A stretch of 37,818 nucleotides of DNA from Chitinophagaceae bacterium (GCA_016741945.1 JACVCQ010000001.1:1-37818), one strand, 5' to 3'; counted from the stretch's first letter, positions 1-9,900 are shown. Translations and numbers: made by a program. Notes: generated by a model not told the origin, from the letters alone.

Positions 1-603
1 AAATTCTGAGGCAAGGTAAAACGAGATAATGCCCTTCACCACCCTAATGGGAGAATGGGGGCCAAAATCAGTATCGATTCGGCAACCTTAATGAATAAAG
101 GGCTAGAAATGATTGAAGCTCGATGGTTATTCAATCTGAGACCTGATCAGATTGAAGTCGTAGTACATCCACAGAGTATTATTCATAGTTTGGTTCAATT
201 TGAAGATGGTAGTATCAAAGCACAAATGGGCTTACCGGATATGAAATTACCCATTCAGTATGCCATGGCTTTTCCTCAAAGAATACCCAATGCTTTCCCC
301 CGGTATGATTTTAAAAAGCCCAATACCCTCACATTCGAAGAACCCGATACCAAAACCTTTCGCAATCTGGCATTAGCGATGGAGGCCCTCCACAAAGGTG
401 GTAATATGCCCTGTATCTTAAATGCAGCCAATGAGATTGCTGTTTTTGCATTTTTACGTAACAGGATTGGCTTTTTAGACATGACAGAAGTAGTAGAACA
501 AACCATGCGTAAGACAACGTTTATAGAGAAACCTAGCTTAGAAGAATATTTTGAAAGTGATGGAGAAGCACGAAATTTCGCCGCCACTTTAATTCACCTG
601 TAA
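1..603 (+). CDS. dxr: 1-deoxy-D-xylulose 5-phosphate reductoisomerase, C-terminal part (5' end outside the window)
   Basis: Motifs MGAKISIDSATLMNKGLE, HPQSIIHS, PDMKLPI and NAANEIAV; sits upstream of rseP as usual. The first ~55 nt contain an in-frame TGA and look like low-quality edge sequence. Confidence 0.95.
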
Positions 604-685
604 TCTTTTTCCTATTTTCACCACCAATTCTTTATAACTGCACGAGAGAAAGACTTTTGAAATTTAAAACACAGCAGAAATCTGT

Positions 686-2038
686 ATGACTTTATTAGCA
701 ATTGATTGGAGTAGTGTGGCGGTCAAGGCCGGACAATTCATTTTATCTTTTTCTATCCTCGTGGTTCTTCATGAACTGGGACATTTTTTACCGGCACGCT
801 GGTTCAAGTGTAGGGTAGATAAATTCTATTTATTTTTTAATCCATGGTTCAGTCTTTGGAAAACCAAGAAGGGGGAAACAGAATATGGGTTGGGTTGGGT
901 TCCTTTCGGTGGCTATGTAAAGATCGCGGGAATGATTGATGAAAGCCTGGATAAAGAGCAAATGAAATTGCCACCCCAACCTTGGGAATTTCGTGCTAAA
1001 CCGGCTTGGCAAAGATTGATCATCATGGTGGGTGGAGTTGTAGTGAATGTATTGTTGGCTATTGTCATCTTTATTGGCATCACCTGGAAATGGGGCGAAG
1101 AATACTTGCCCGTTAAAAATTTGAAGTATGGGATACATGCTGATTCATTAGCAAAATCAATTGGTATTCAGGATGGAGATAGGATCGTTGGGATCAATCA
1201 AAAAACATTAGAAAATTTCGGTACACTAGAATCCGAACTCATGTTGAATGATGCACAAAACATTCAAGTAGAAAGAGCCGGATCTACCATCACACTCAAT
1301 ATTCCGGATGGATTTGTTAAGCAACTGGTGAAGAATAGAAGAACGGGGGGGATGATTGTTCCACAATATCCTACTATTGTAGATTCTGTATCATCAAAAG
1401 ATGCTGTATTCACCAAGAACGAATTGCGTAAAGGTGATACTTTGGTTGGATTGAATGGTACTGCTTTTCAATTTTATCATCAATACCAACAATTGATTAA
1501 AGGGTATGAAGATTCTATTGTTACAATTTCCGTATTGCGTGGTACAGATACTGTGGATGTAAGAGCGAGGGTCAATGATAAAGGTAAACTCGGCTTTTTG
1601 GCAGTGTCTCCTTTAGTGATGTTTGGTACAGTAACCAAAGAATTTACTTTCATGGAAGCCATTCCGGTTGGCTTTAATCGTTGTTGGGAAACCCTGGATC
1701 GTTATATCACAGGCATCAAGCAAATATTTACCGGTAAGGTAGATGCAAGTGATTCATTGGGAAGTGTAATCAGTATCGGTAATACATTCCCCGGTGTATG
1801 GGATTGGGAGCGTTTCTGGACATTAACCGGCATCTTCTCCATTGTACTTGCGTTTATGAATATTTTGCCCATTCCTGCTTTGGATGGCGGACATGCACTC
1901 TTCACACTCATTGAAATGATTACCGGACGTAAACCCGGAGACAAATTCATGGAGTATGCACAGATGGTAGGTATGATCTTGTTGTTGGGATTGATGGCGT
2001 ATGCATTGGGATTGGATTTCTGGAGATTGTTTAAATAA
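686..2038 (+). CDS. rseP: RIP metalloprotease RseP (M50, PDZ domains)
   Basis: HELGH zinc motif, PFGGYVK, NILPIPALDGGH; follows dxr. Confidence 0.96.
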   Translation: MTLLAIDWSSVAVKAGQFILSFSILVVLHELGHFLPARWFKCRVDKFYLFFNPWFSLWKTKKGETEYGLGWVPFGGYVKIAGMIDESLDKEQMKLPPQPWEFRAKPAWQRLIIMVGGVVVNVLLAIVIFIGITWKWGEEYLPVKNLKYGIHADSLAKSIGIQDGDRIVGINQKTLENFGTLESELMLNDAQNIQVERAGSTITLNIPDGFVKQLVKNRRTGGMIVPQYPTIVDSVSSKDAVFTKNELRKGDTLVGLNGTAFQFYHQYQQLIKGYEDSIVTISVLRGTDTVDVRARVNDKGKLGFLAVSPLVMFGTVTKEFTFMEAIPVGFNRCWETLDRYITGIKQIFTGKVDASDSLGSVISIGNTFPGVWDWERFWTLTGIFSIVLAFMNILPIPALDGGHALFTLIEMITGRKPGDKFMEYAQMVGMILLLGLMAYALGLDFWRLFK

Positions 2039-2076
2039 ATCTACTGGTCAGAAACTTAAATGACTTTGTGCTATTC

Positions 2077-2137
2077 TTCTTCTTTTATGCATATTGTGGA
2101 GCCTATGAAAGGCGAAATGATATGCATAAAAGAAGAA
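2077..2137. terminator. Inverted repeat between convergent genes, probable bidirectional terminator
   Basis: TTCTTCTTTTATGCATAT (2077-2094) pairs with ATATGCATAAAAGAAGAA (2120-2137). Confidence 0.6.
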
Positions 2138-2176
2138 GTAGTTGTATTGATACGTTAATATTACCTTCTTAATGAT

Positions 2177-3097
2177 TTATTTACTTAAACCCATTCGCTT
2201 GCACCATATAAGATTTTCAACTAGCAATACGTGGTTATAAGCCGGGCAGTAATAGTAAAAAGTACCTAATCGGGTTTTCGTCATCATTTTTTTTGCATTA
2301 TCAGACATAATGGACCCCATATTCGAAATAAAAAAACAAAACTCCTCATCTTCGATTAGATCAATTAATTGAGATTCACTTTGTATCAATATTTCTGGTG
2401 GAATTATTCCCCATCTTAATAAGGCAGTGCTCAATATCACTTTATCTATAAATGTATTAGCTGTACGCAAAGTCCTTTTGGTGTCTTCAATGAGTTGAGG
2501 TTTTAGTTTCTCTAATGAAGCAATAGGTTTCAAAGCCATGAGTCTTGAAACATGGTATAAAATCAATGGAAGTGTAGCGTATTGTGGACTGACATAGTCA
2601 GCAACAGTGATATGATGATTTGTTTTTATCACATCTTCAATAAAATACAGACTTGCAGAATCAGATGATGTCCATGGCAGATTATAATACTGAACGAAGT
2701 AAAGCACATTGGACATTACATTCATATCAAATTCAATCGCCATTTTTTTGCCAAACCAGGTAGAATAAGCTGATAGGTTAACATATTCAGGAAAGGTATT
2801 TGTTACTCTTTTACTTTTATTGTTGGCGTATGCTTGCATGAGTTGATGAATTTCGGATGCGATTGAATCAGATTTTCTCTGAGCCATTGGCAGTATTACT
2901 GTATCATCCATATCATCAGGCAAGACCCTGCTTTTGTTAAATAAGTTTAGCCAACCCGAGTGGGGAAATATCTGGGGGTGCTCAGTAGGCCAGAAATTAT
3001 AAGTGGTTCTTTTATTTTTTCTGTTCTGGAATATCGGGTAAACAGCCTGGGTATTATTGAATGCTTCTAAATAGGTGGAAGCATTTGTGGTTAAGCA
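2177..3097 (-). pseudogene. Hypothetical protein with a PDDMDDT motif, probably 5'-truncated
   Basis: The frame stays open 58 codons upstream of the TTG at 2923 (…VYPIFQNRKNKRTTYNFWPTEHPQIFPHSGWLNLFNKSRVLPDDMDDT) up to a TAA at 3098-3100, with no start codon in that stretch. Confidence 0.55.
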
Positions 3098-3303
3098 TTA
3101 TATCTGTTGACAATGTAAGTTACCCACTGTCTGATATCGTTTGGATAAGCAAATACAGAACCCTGTTTCTTCACGAGGGTCTTTCCAAAAAAGAATCGAT
3201 CGAACTCGTCTTTAAACGTTTTCGGAATATGCTTGACATTTACCATTTCATGGGCAGATGACAAAGTCTTTAATGAATCAATATCTGATCTGCGAACTAG
3301 CAT
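3091..3303 (-). CDS. Small hypothetical protein (70 aa)
   Basis: ATG-started ORF with an A/T-rich upstream region, directly downstream of tmRNA; no family recognised. Confidence 0.55.
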   Translation of the reverse strand: MLVRRSDIDSLKTLSSAHEMVNVKHIPKTFKDEFDRFFFGKTLVKKQGSVFAYPNDIRQWVTYIVNRYNA

Positions 3304-3411
3304 TATATCAAAATAATATTTTTTTACTTAAATAAATGAGTAAATGACTTCAATATGCCTTAATATATTTGATTATCAATAACTATTGTATATAATTAAT
3401 TGAATATAAAT

Positions 3412-3445
3412 AAAAGAGGAAATCGTGTTTTACGTTTCCTCTTTC
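3412..3445 (-). terminator. tmRNA terminator hairpin
   Basis: AAAGAGGAAA…TTTCCTCTTT stem just beyond the tmRNA 3' end, followed by a U-run on the minus strand. Confidence 0.65.
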
Positions 3446-3447
3446 AG

Positions 3448-3817
3448 TGGAGTCGAGGGGAGTCGAACCCCTGTCCAAACATCGCTACCATTAGCTTTCT
3501 ACATGCTTATTTCATGATTATTTGTCGGTGTATTGCAGGACACGAACAAACCAACAATACACTTAGCTGGATGGTCTTAAACAACAGTCACAGCCTTCTG
3601 TCGTAGCAACCTGTGTTTATTTTGAGTCGGCGGCGGCACCTGGTAACAGATCAACCTGTGCGGCGGCCCAAATGACTAACTAATCACTGATTAGGCAGCC
3701 ATGGCATACTGTGTATTGCCATTTGAAGTTTGAATATTCAGATTAAAGTGCTAATTATCCAACGCACTGCATGCTTACACCAACCGTACCATATGCTGTC
3801 AAAACCAGTACGACCCC
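3448..3817 (-). ncRNA. ssrA: tmRNA; tag peptide (A)GNTQYAMAA* at 3691-3720
   Basis: Minus-strand 5' end GGGGTCGTACTGGTTTTGACAGC, 3' end GGGGTTCGACTCCCCTCGACTCCA (T-arm, acceptor stem, CCA), and an internal tag ORF ending in AA*. Confidence 0.97.
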
Positions 3818-3826
3818 GTGCGTCTG

Positions 3827-3834
3827 CAAAGTTA
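3827..3834 (-). promoter_or_regulatory. Bacteroidota -7 promoter element of ssrA
   Basis: TAACTTTG on the minus strand (consensus TAnnTTTG), 9 nt upstream of the mature 5' end. Confidence 0.75.
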
Positions 3835-3925
3835 CGACTATTTGCTATGCACTTATGGGAGGTTCTGTTAAAGATATGAATAGTCCTAAAATAGGTTGAC
3901 AGTTTTAAAATAAGTCCCGGTTGCC

Positions 3926-4550
3926 TCAGGTAGCCGGGATTTTTTTGTTGTAGACCTGATCTGGCGTTTTCATTTGAAGGGCTATATGGGGTCTTTTGTT
4001 GTTGTATAAAAATATACTTTCTCGAACTAATTGTTTGACCTGTTCTTTACTTTTCATTTTCCGATCCATCCCAAATTCTTCTTTTATGGTACGGTTCATC
4101 CTTTCGGCTAATGCATTTTCGTAAGGGTCTCCATTCTCTGTCATACTTAATTGAATGTTATTTTCTGCTGTCAATAATGCATATTCTTTACTACAATATT
4201 GCATTCCTCTATCTGAATGATGGATGGTTGCCATACTCGGGTTGTTTCGTTGAGTTACAGCCATATTCAAAGCTTTAATCATGCTTTGTGTTTCCATATT
4301 ATCTTCTATAGCATAGCCCATAATTTTTCTACTGTAGGCATCCGTTATCATATTCAAATAACAATTTCCCTGTTCAGTCTTTATGTATGTTATATCGCTT
4401 ACCCATATTTCATCCTGATGATTTGTTGTTTTCCCTTTGATACGATTAGGCCATTTCCTTAGCCAATGTTTACTCATGGTTGTTTGTGTGTAGCGTCTAC
4501 GGGGCTTGATTTGTAACCCATAATGACGCATTAAGTCAAAGAGCTTATCC
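3926..4550 (-). pseudogene. Outer IS3 orfB, 3' fragment (DDE catalytic core)
   Basis: WVSDITY, HHSDRGMQY, ENALAERMNRTIKEE; separated from its 5' part by the inner IS. Confidence 0.92.
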
Positions 4551-4602
4551 TGTCTAGTCCTGAAATAGGTTTACACCTAAAGTAAACCAAAAACAGGATT
4601 AT

Positions 4603-4989
4603 ATGGAACACAAACTAGAGATTCGTCAGATGTTTGATGAATCATTCAAACGAAAAGTGATTGAGGAGTATTTGTCAACAGGGCAATCCAAGACATCAAT
4701 TCAACGCAAGTACAATATCCATTTTAAGAGTGCCATTTGTACTTGGATGAAACGTTTAGGCTACATAGAAAAGGTTGAACAAAAGTGTAACTTAGCTTCT
4801 TTAAAACGAAGTATTTTGTCAAACAGCACGCCTAAGCCAACCAACGCTATTGATGCTGATAAGAGGATCAGAGACCTTGAACTACAGCTTGAGGATGCTA
4901 AATTGCAAGCTGAGGCTTATAAGCGAATTATTGAAAAGGCTGAAAAGGAACTAAATATCCCTATCAGAAAAAAGCACAATACCAAGTAA
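4603..4989 (+). CDS. IS3 transposase OrfA (HTH plus coiled coil)
   Basis: FDESFKRKVIEEY…ICTW HTH pattern; A-AAA-AAG slippery heptamer at 4968-4974. Confidence 0.92.
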   Translation: MEHKLEIRQMFDESFKRKVIEEYLSTGQSKTSIQRKYNIHFKSAICTWMKRLGYIEKVEQKCNLASLKRSILSNSTPKPTNAIDADKRIRDLELQLEDAKLQAEAYKRIIEKAEKELNIPIRKKHNTK

Positions 4990-4997
4990 TCAAAGAG

Positions 4998-5900
4998 ATG
5001 AAAGACAGTTATCCGTCGGTAAGCCTGATACGGCTCTGTCGGTTGCTTGGTGTTACTCGTCAGGCGTATTATCAGTTTTACTGGCACATTGAAGAGCTTC
5101 AAGTAGAAGAAGAATTAGTATTAAATGAAGTCAAAGAATTAAGGCGTATGCATCCAGCAATAGGTACTAGAAAACTCTATTGCATGCTTCAATCATTTCT
5201 TCTGGATCATCAGATTAAAATGGGCCGGGATGCTTTATTTAAACTAATGTCAGTTAATAAATTACTGGTAAGAAAACGTAAAAGAAAGATCAATACAACG
5301 CAATCTTATCATTGGTTTAAAAGATATCCTAGCTTGATTAAGTCATGGTATCCTGACGCCCCTAATCAGTTGTGGGTTGCAGATATAACCTACCTACCAG
5401 TGATAAACGGCTTTTTATATATCAGTTTAATTACCGATGCTTACTCACATAAAATTATGGGCTACTCAATAGGGGAAAGTCTTGAAGCTGTTCACACCAC
5501 AAAAGCACTTCAAATGGCGCTGAAGAATGAAGACCACCGCAATATTATTCATCATTCTGATCGAGGAATCCAATATTGCTCTTCAGAATATGTAACCATT
5601 TTACAAGAAAATGGTATTCGTATTAGTATGACAGAAAGTGGTGACCCATTAGAAAATCCAATTGCAGAAAGAATAAACGGGATATTAAAAGAAGAATATC
5701 TCAAGCATTATCACATTACAAACTACCAAGAAGCAACGAATCTGTTAACCTGCATTGTGGATCGTTATAATAACAAACGACCACATCAAAGTATCAATAT
5801 GCTTACTCCTGAAACTGTACATGAACAATCATTATTAGTTAATAGAAGATGGGGTAAATCCTCCTCTTTACCTAATATTGTAAAGCAACAACAGGATTAA
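4998..5900 (+). CDS. IS3 transposase OrfB (rve/DDE), fused to OrfA by a -1 frameshift
   Basis: WVADITY, HHSDRGIQY, ENPIAERINGILKEE; lies in the -1 frame relative to orfA and is open back to the slippery site. Confidence 0.95.
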   Translation: MKDSYPSVSLIRLCRLLGVTRQAYYQFYWHIEELQVEEELVLNEVKELRRMHPAIGTRKLYCMLQSFLLDHQIKMGRDALFKLMSVNKLLVRKRKRKINTTQSYHWFKRYPSLIKSWYPDAPNQLWVADITYLPVINGFLYISLITDAYSHKIMGYSIGESLEAVHTTKALQMALKNEDHRNIIHHSDRGIQYCSSEYVTILQENGIRISMTESGDPLENPIAERINGILKEEYLKHYHITNYQEATNLLTCIVDRYNNKRPHQSINMLTPETVHEQSLLVNRRWGKSSSLPNIVKQQQD

Positions 5901-5937
5901 GTAGAAAACTGTAAACTTATTTTAGGACGAGACATCC

Positions 5938-6206
5938 CGACCAAACCTCAGTCCATTCTCCTTTAGATCCTCTTTGATTAGATGATACACTTTACGGGTT
6001 CCAATTCTAGGCAGCTGTTTTCTCTCCCTATCCACTAGCTTTTTAACAGCCTCTAGTGCCAAGGTCTTTTTTACTCTATCTTTTTGCTGCTTGTACACAT
6101 TTTGACGACTGTAACCTAAGGCTAATGCTATTCTTCCGACGCTGTGTTCTCTTCTTTTTCCCCCTGTTTGTCGGAAGCTGCTTGTGACAGGGGTAAGAAC
6201 TTTTTT
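5938..6206 (-). pseudogene. Outer IS3 orfB, 5' fragment
   Basis: Translates …ALGYSRQNVYKQ…QLPRIGTRKVY…LRFGR; removing the inner IS and one TCC restores LRFGRDKLFDLMRHYG. Confidence 0.9.
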
Positions 6207-6532
6207 CTGATCTCAGTATTGAACATATCATCAGCAATATCTATGGCTCGATTTAATATCTCTTTCTCTGCTTCAAGCCGTTTGATCTTTGCTTCCAGTT
6301 GCGATATGTAAGTCTTGGGTGGAGCTTTCTTTTTCATGGGAGCTTTACTTGTCCAATCTAAAGTTCCGTGTTTTCTTAACCATACCAAAACTGTACTTCT
6401 TCCCTGGATACCATACTTCTTTTGACTCTGTTTCCAAGTTAAATGACCTTTTTCAACCTCATCAACTACCTGAAGTTTAAAGGATAAACTGTAGTCCTTT
6501 TGGGTTCTCTTTAAATGATTGATACTCATCAT
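6128..6532 (-). CDS. Outer IS3 transposase OrfA
   Basis: KRTQKDYSLSFKLQVVDEVEKG…YGIQGRSTVLVWLRKHG; A6G slippery site at 6200-6206 followed by a CCCCTGT…ACAGGGG stem. Confidence 0.93.
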   Translation of the reverse strand: MMSINHLKRTQKDYSLSFKLQVVDEVEKGHLTWKQSQKKYGIQGRSTVLVWLRKHGTLDWTSKAPMKKKAPPKTYISQLEAKIKRLEAEKEILNRAIDIADDMFNTEIRKKFLPLSQAASDKQGEKEENTASEE

Positions 6533-6582
6533 AAGTCAACTTTTGTGTCAACTTATTCTAGGACGAGGCATTGCTCACATAG

Positions 6583-6615
6583 AAAAAGCCCCAGCAGTGA
6601 TGTTGGGGCTTTTTT
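6583..6615. terminator. Rho-independent terminator
   Basis: AAAAAGCCCCAGCA-GTGA-TGTTGGGGCTTTTT, downstream of the minus-strand ligase gene. Confidence 0.8.
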
Positions 6616-6678
6616 GGAGGTGTGGAGGTGAAAAGTGAAATAGGACTATCCTTTTACCTTTCATTTTTCACCTTTCAC
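6616..6678. repeat. Inverted pair of 7-mer tandem arrays
   Basis: GGAGGTG/AAAAGTG units facing CTTTTAC CTTTCAT TTTTCAC CTTTCAC. Confidence 0.55.
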
Positions 6679-9170
6679 TTATTACAATACTGCGCAATAA
6701 TATTATTCGCCTCATTATAATTTTTCGACTTGGCAATTTGTAAGGTCTGACAACCCAATTCCTTTTCGCCCAGATTAATATGACTGATTCCTTTAAAGAA
6801 TTCCGATTTGCCATCGTTGGAAATTTTCAGCGCAATTACTTTATCGAAATAAAAAATAGCTTTTCTGAATTGGTTTAAATTAAAAAAGCTTACACCGGCA
6901 TTTTCATAAATCGCGTAATTAAACGCATTGATCTCAGCCGCACGTACAAATTTGGCAGCTGCAGTTTTATAATCTTGTTTAGTGAAAGCGACAACCCCTT
7001 CATTATATATCTGAGTAGCTTGTTGTAAGGAAGTTGCTGTTTGTTCCCGATTTGTACTAATCGTACCGCTAAAGTTGATGTTATTCGTAATTTCCTGTTT
7101 TCTTTGCATCAGATTCGCATAATCAGTTTCACTGGCTGGTCTACTTCCTTTCGGACCAAAAAGATTTAGTGCACTGTCGGCTAGCTTTAATAACTCAGGT
7201 GTTCCTTTCTGTAGTGAATTTAGTAAACCCATGAGATATAAGTTCCATGCAAAAGGTTCATTACGATATTTAGTATAGGTTCTAAATGCTTTGGCAATAC
7301 CTGCAGTATCTCTTCTTTTTGCATGTACGGCAACCAAAGTTTGGTAATAAGTATTGGCTCTGGGTTTATTGTAATAAGCCATTTCAGCATAATATTTTGC
7401 ACTATCCATTTGATCAGTATTAAAAAAAACATTTGCCATTAAAAACTGACTGTAGTAAATATGCGGATTATGCGGAATAGCTTTTCTTAGTAAACGCAAT
7501 GCCTCATCATACTGTTTGTTCTCGGAATGATACCTGCCTAGAATGGCATCAATGGGTTGCGACGAAGAAGTAAGATTCGGAATGGGGGGGAACATGGTTT
7601 TCACTTCAGTGAGGGGAATACTCATGGGTTCATTTTTCAGATCCGGAACAACACGAAACTGAGCTTTCAGTGAAACATAAGTTAAATAGGTAACGTATGT
7701 AGTTGGTAATAATATCAAAATAGTAATAATGCCATACAATGGATGAGCCAATGAAAAAGTAGGATTCACCTTTACCGTATTGTCATCATTGATTGCTTGT
7801 TTAGCCTTAATATAACTCCCAAGATTGATAGCGGTTACACATGCAAAAAATACTTGCATGATCGCTCTTTCAATCGGAAAGTTCAAACCTGCATCTACAG
7901 CATATACAATTAATGCCATGAAAGAAAATAATGCAATTAGTTTTGTTTGCTCGCCGGCAGTGGATCGTAAAGTTTTGATCGTACAATAGAAAAGACACAC
8001 ATATAGTGATAAGTACAATAATCCACCTAATAAACCTAATTCTGCAGCATGTTCTAAAAAATCATTGTGAGCATGTGCGGGTACATTTAAGTCATCAATA
8101 TATTCTTTCTCATAAGGAATAGAAGCCAGCTTCCAATTACCATATCCACAACCCATCAAAGGGTTCTCGGCAATATAATCAAATGCATGTTCCCATAATT
8201 TAAAACGATAACTTGAAGCGTCATTGGTCAATGCGATAGAACTAATATTACCAATCACACTGCCATAACGACCACTATTGCTTTGCTGTAATGTAGTTAC
8301 TTGTGTATTAATGGCCTGTGTAATAAAAAAAGCAGATAAAAGAGGCAAAAGCAGATATGCAGATCGCAGTAATAGTTGATCCGCCTTCTTTTGTTGAAGG
8401 AATTGCACAAATAAAAATCCAAGGAAAAACAACGACACTAAAATTAAGCTTACATAAGAAGCACGGGCACTAGCCATGAAAATAGTGGCAATACCCAGTG
8501 TTAAAGCAAGAATAAGAAAAATGCGTTCTGCCAGTTTAGCCTGATACAAAGCATATAATACAAATGGTATTTTGATAACCAAGCTGGCTGCAAAAATATT
8601 TTTATTACCTGTATTGCCATTAAGTGAACTGATCAATGCACCGAGAGATGTTTCAGCAATTCCATCAAAAAGTTTATTAAAATATTGTATGGATTCTACT
8701 AATAAAACAGCGGCTAGTAGTCTACATATCAGTATAAATGACCCCTGTTGATTGGCAAATAGGATAGCTAGATTGAAAAAGGCAATCAATGTTACAATGA
8801 ACCTTACAAAGCAAACCCAGGCTTCCACCTGATTCATGGCAAAGAAAATAGACAGGCCTGCGAGAAGAAAAAGCGATAAATAAAGTTTTGTATATAATTG
8901 TCTATAAATGGAGAGGATCACATCTTTATACAGGTCTTTTCTGGCCCAGATATACATCACCACAAGAATATCCAACAATGATACATACAGCCATTGAGGT
9001 CCCATCACATCTATAGCGTTCATATTGGTAATAAAATGAACAGCCATGTACAGCCCCACGATGATCATGGGTATCCAGGAACTCTTATTCTCAGTTTTAA
9101 AATTTGTAGAACCTTGTTTATCAGCAATTTGCTTATCAGAAAAGGGGGAAGTGGGTTTCTTTCTGGCCAT
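6675..9170 (-). CDS. O-antigen ligase (Wzy_C) family membrane protein with C-terminal TPR repeats
   Basis: Many TM helices, GNKN, R-x2-LW…NPLMGCGYGNW…HAHNDFLE, then TPR-like helices. Confidence 0.85.
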   Translation of the reverse strand: MARKKPTSPFSDKQIADKQGSTNFKTENKSSWIPMIIVGLYMAVHFITNMNAIDVMGPQWLYVSLLDILVVMYIWARKDLYKDVILSIYRQLYTKLYLSLFLLAGLSIFFAMNQVEAWVCFVRFIVTLIAFFNLAILFANQQGSFILICRLLAAVLLVESIQYFNKLFDGIAETSLGALISSLNGNTGNKNIFAASLVIKIPFVLYALYQAKLAERIFLILALTLGIATIFMASARASYVSLILVSLFFLGFLFVQFLQQKKADQLLLRSAYLLLPLLSAFFITQAINTQVTTLQQSNSGRYGSVIGNISSIALTNDASSYRFKLWEHAFDYIAENPLMGCGYGNWKLASIPYEKEYIDDLNVPAHAHNDFLEHAAELGLLGGLLYLSLYVCLFYCTIKTLRSTAGEQTKLIALFSFMALIVYAVDAGLNFPIERAIMQVFFACVTAINLGSYIKAKQAINDDNTVKVNPTFSLAHPLYGIITILILLPTTYVTYLTYVSLKAQFRVVPDLKNEPMSIPLTEVKTMFPPIPNLTSSSQPIDAILGRYHSENKQYDEALRLLRKAIPHNPHIYYSQFLMANVFFNTDQMDSAKYYAEMAYYNKPRANTYYQTLVAVHAKRRDTAGIAKAFRTYTKYRNEPFAWNLYLMGLLNSLQKGTPELLKLADSALNLFGPKGSRPASETDYANLMQRKQEITNNINFSGTISTNREQTATSLQQATQIYNEGVVAFTKQDYKTAAAKFVRAAEINAFNYAIYENAGVSFFNLNQFRKAIFYFDKVIALKISNDGKSEFFKGISHINLGEKELGCQTLQIAKSKNYNEANNIIAQYCNK

Positions 9171-9210
9171 AGTTGGGTTATTGCCGTGAAATTAAGGATT
9201 TTGCTATGAG

Positions 9211-9345
9211 TTCACTATGGGTTCACTATGGTTTCTCTATGGTTTTATTATCATTTCACTATGATTCTCTTATGACTCTCTTATGAAGTTCTTATCACTG
9301 TCGTATCTCTGCCATAACCTTTACTTAACCCATTACCGACCTTCT
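9211..9345. repeat. Degenerate 11-bp tandem array
   Basis: TTCACTATGGG TTCACTATGGT TTCTCTATGGT TTTATTATCAT TTCACTATGAT TCTCTTATGAC TCTCTTATGAA GTTCTTATCAC, decaying to the right. Confidence 0.8.
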
Positions 9346-9443
9346 CAGTTATCTGTCAATATCCGGTCAGTACCCTCTCATAAGACTATCTATACATTCC
9401 AATAACCCTAAAAAATGTGCTCTAACCATCAAAAATTCCTATA

Positions 9444-9478
9444 ACCCAGCACCTAGTACCCAGTACCAAGCACCCAAT
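9444..9478. repeat. 7-mer tandem array (5 units)
   Basis: ACCCAGC ACCTAGT ACCCAGT ACCAAGC ACCCAAT. Confidence 0.75.
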
Positions 9479-9555
9479 TACTCTAAAATCCCGCAAATCT
9501 TCCGTTTTTTCTTAAAAATATTTATGAATTTCTTGACCATTCCATTACAGTCCCT

Positions 9556-9563
9556 TACCTTTG
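9556..9563 (+). promoter_or_regulatory. -7 promoter element of the S10 operon
   Basis: TACCTTTG followed by CA, with a TTG about 20 nt upstream; 30 nt before the rpsJ ATG. Confidence 0.8.
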
Positions 9564-9593
9564 CAACCCCAATCAGAAAATTGGGTTTCGACT

Positions 9594-9899
9594 ATGTCTC
9601 AACGTATCAGAATCAAATTACAATCTTACGATCACAATCTGGTAGATAAATCTGCTGAGAAAATCGTAAAAACAGTGCGCAGCACTGGTGCCGTAGTAAC
9701 TGGTCCAATTCCCTTGCCTACACACAAGAGAATTTTCACTGTACTGCGTTCACCACACGTGAATAAGAAGAGTCGTGAGCAGTTTCAACTGGCTACTCAC
9801 AAGCGTTTGCTGGATATTTACACGTCTTCATCAAGAACAGTAGATGCCCTGAGCAAATTGGATCTGCCTTCTGGTGTTGAGGTAGAAATTAAAGCGTAA
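9594..9899 (+). CDS. rpsJ: 30S ribosomal protein S10
   Basis: [14 protein letters not shown]…GPIPLPT…[13 protein letters not shown]; true start is the ATG at 9594. Confidence 0.99.
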   Translation: MSQRIRIKLQSYDHNLVDKSAEKIVKTVRSTGAVVTGPIPLPTHKRIFTVLRSPHVNKKSREQFQLATHKRLLDIYTSSSRTVDALSKLDLPSGVEVEIKA

Positions 9900-9900
9900 A

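Larger units (their letters stand above)
4551..5934 (+). mobile_element. Intact IS3-family element (1384 bp) with a 3-bp target duplication TCC
   Basis: IRL TGTCTAGTCCTGAAATAGGTTTACA, IRR reverse complement TGTCTCGTCCTAAAATAAGTTTACA; TCC at 4548-4550 and 5935-5937. Confidence 0.96.
3877..6570 (-). mobile_element. IS3-family element (about 1.3 kb of its own sequence), interrupted by a second IS3
   Basis: Terminal IRs TGAATAGTCCTAAAATAGGTTGACA (from 3877) and TGCCTCGTCCTAGAATAAGTTGACA (reverse complement ending 6570); orfA plus a split orfB; no flanking direct repeat visible. Confidence 0.93.

Noticed and set aside
1-54. In-frame TGA (7-9) and HPNG in place of the conserved HPNW in dxr, suggesting a pseudogene or recoding
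   Set aside because: The anomalies cluster at the extreme window edge and the rest of the gene is intact; low-quality terminal sequence is more likely.
3300-3470. Prophage or island integrated at tmRNA
   Set aside because: No integrase and no duplicated ssrA 3' end were seen in the window.
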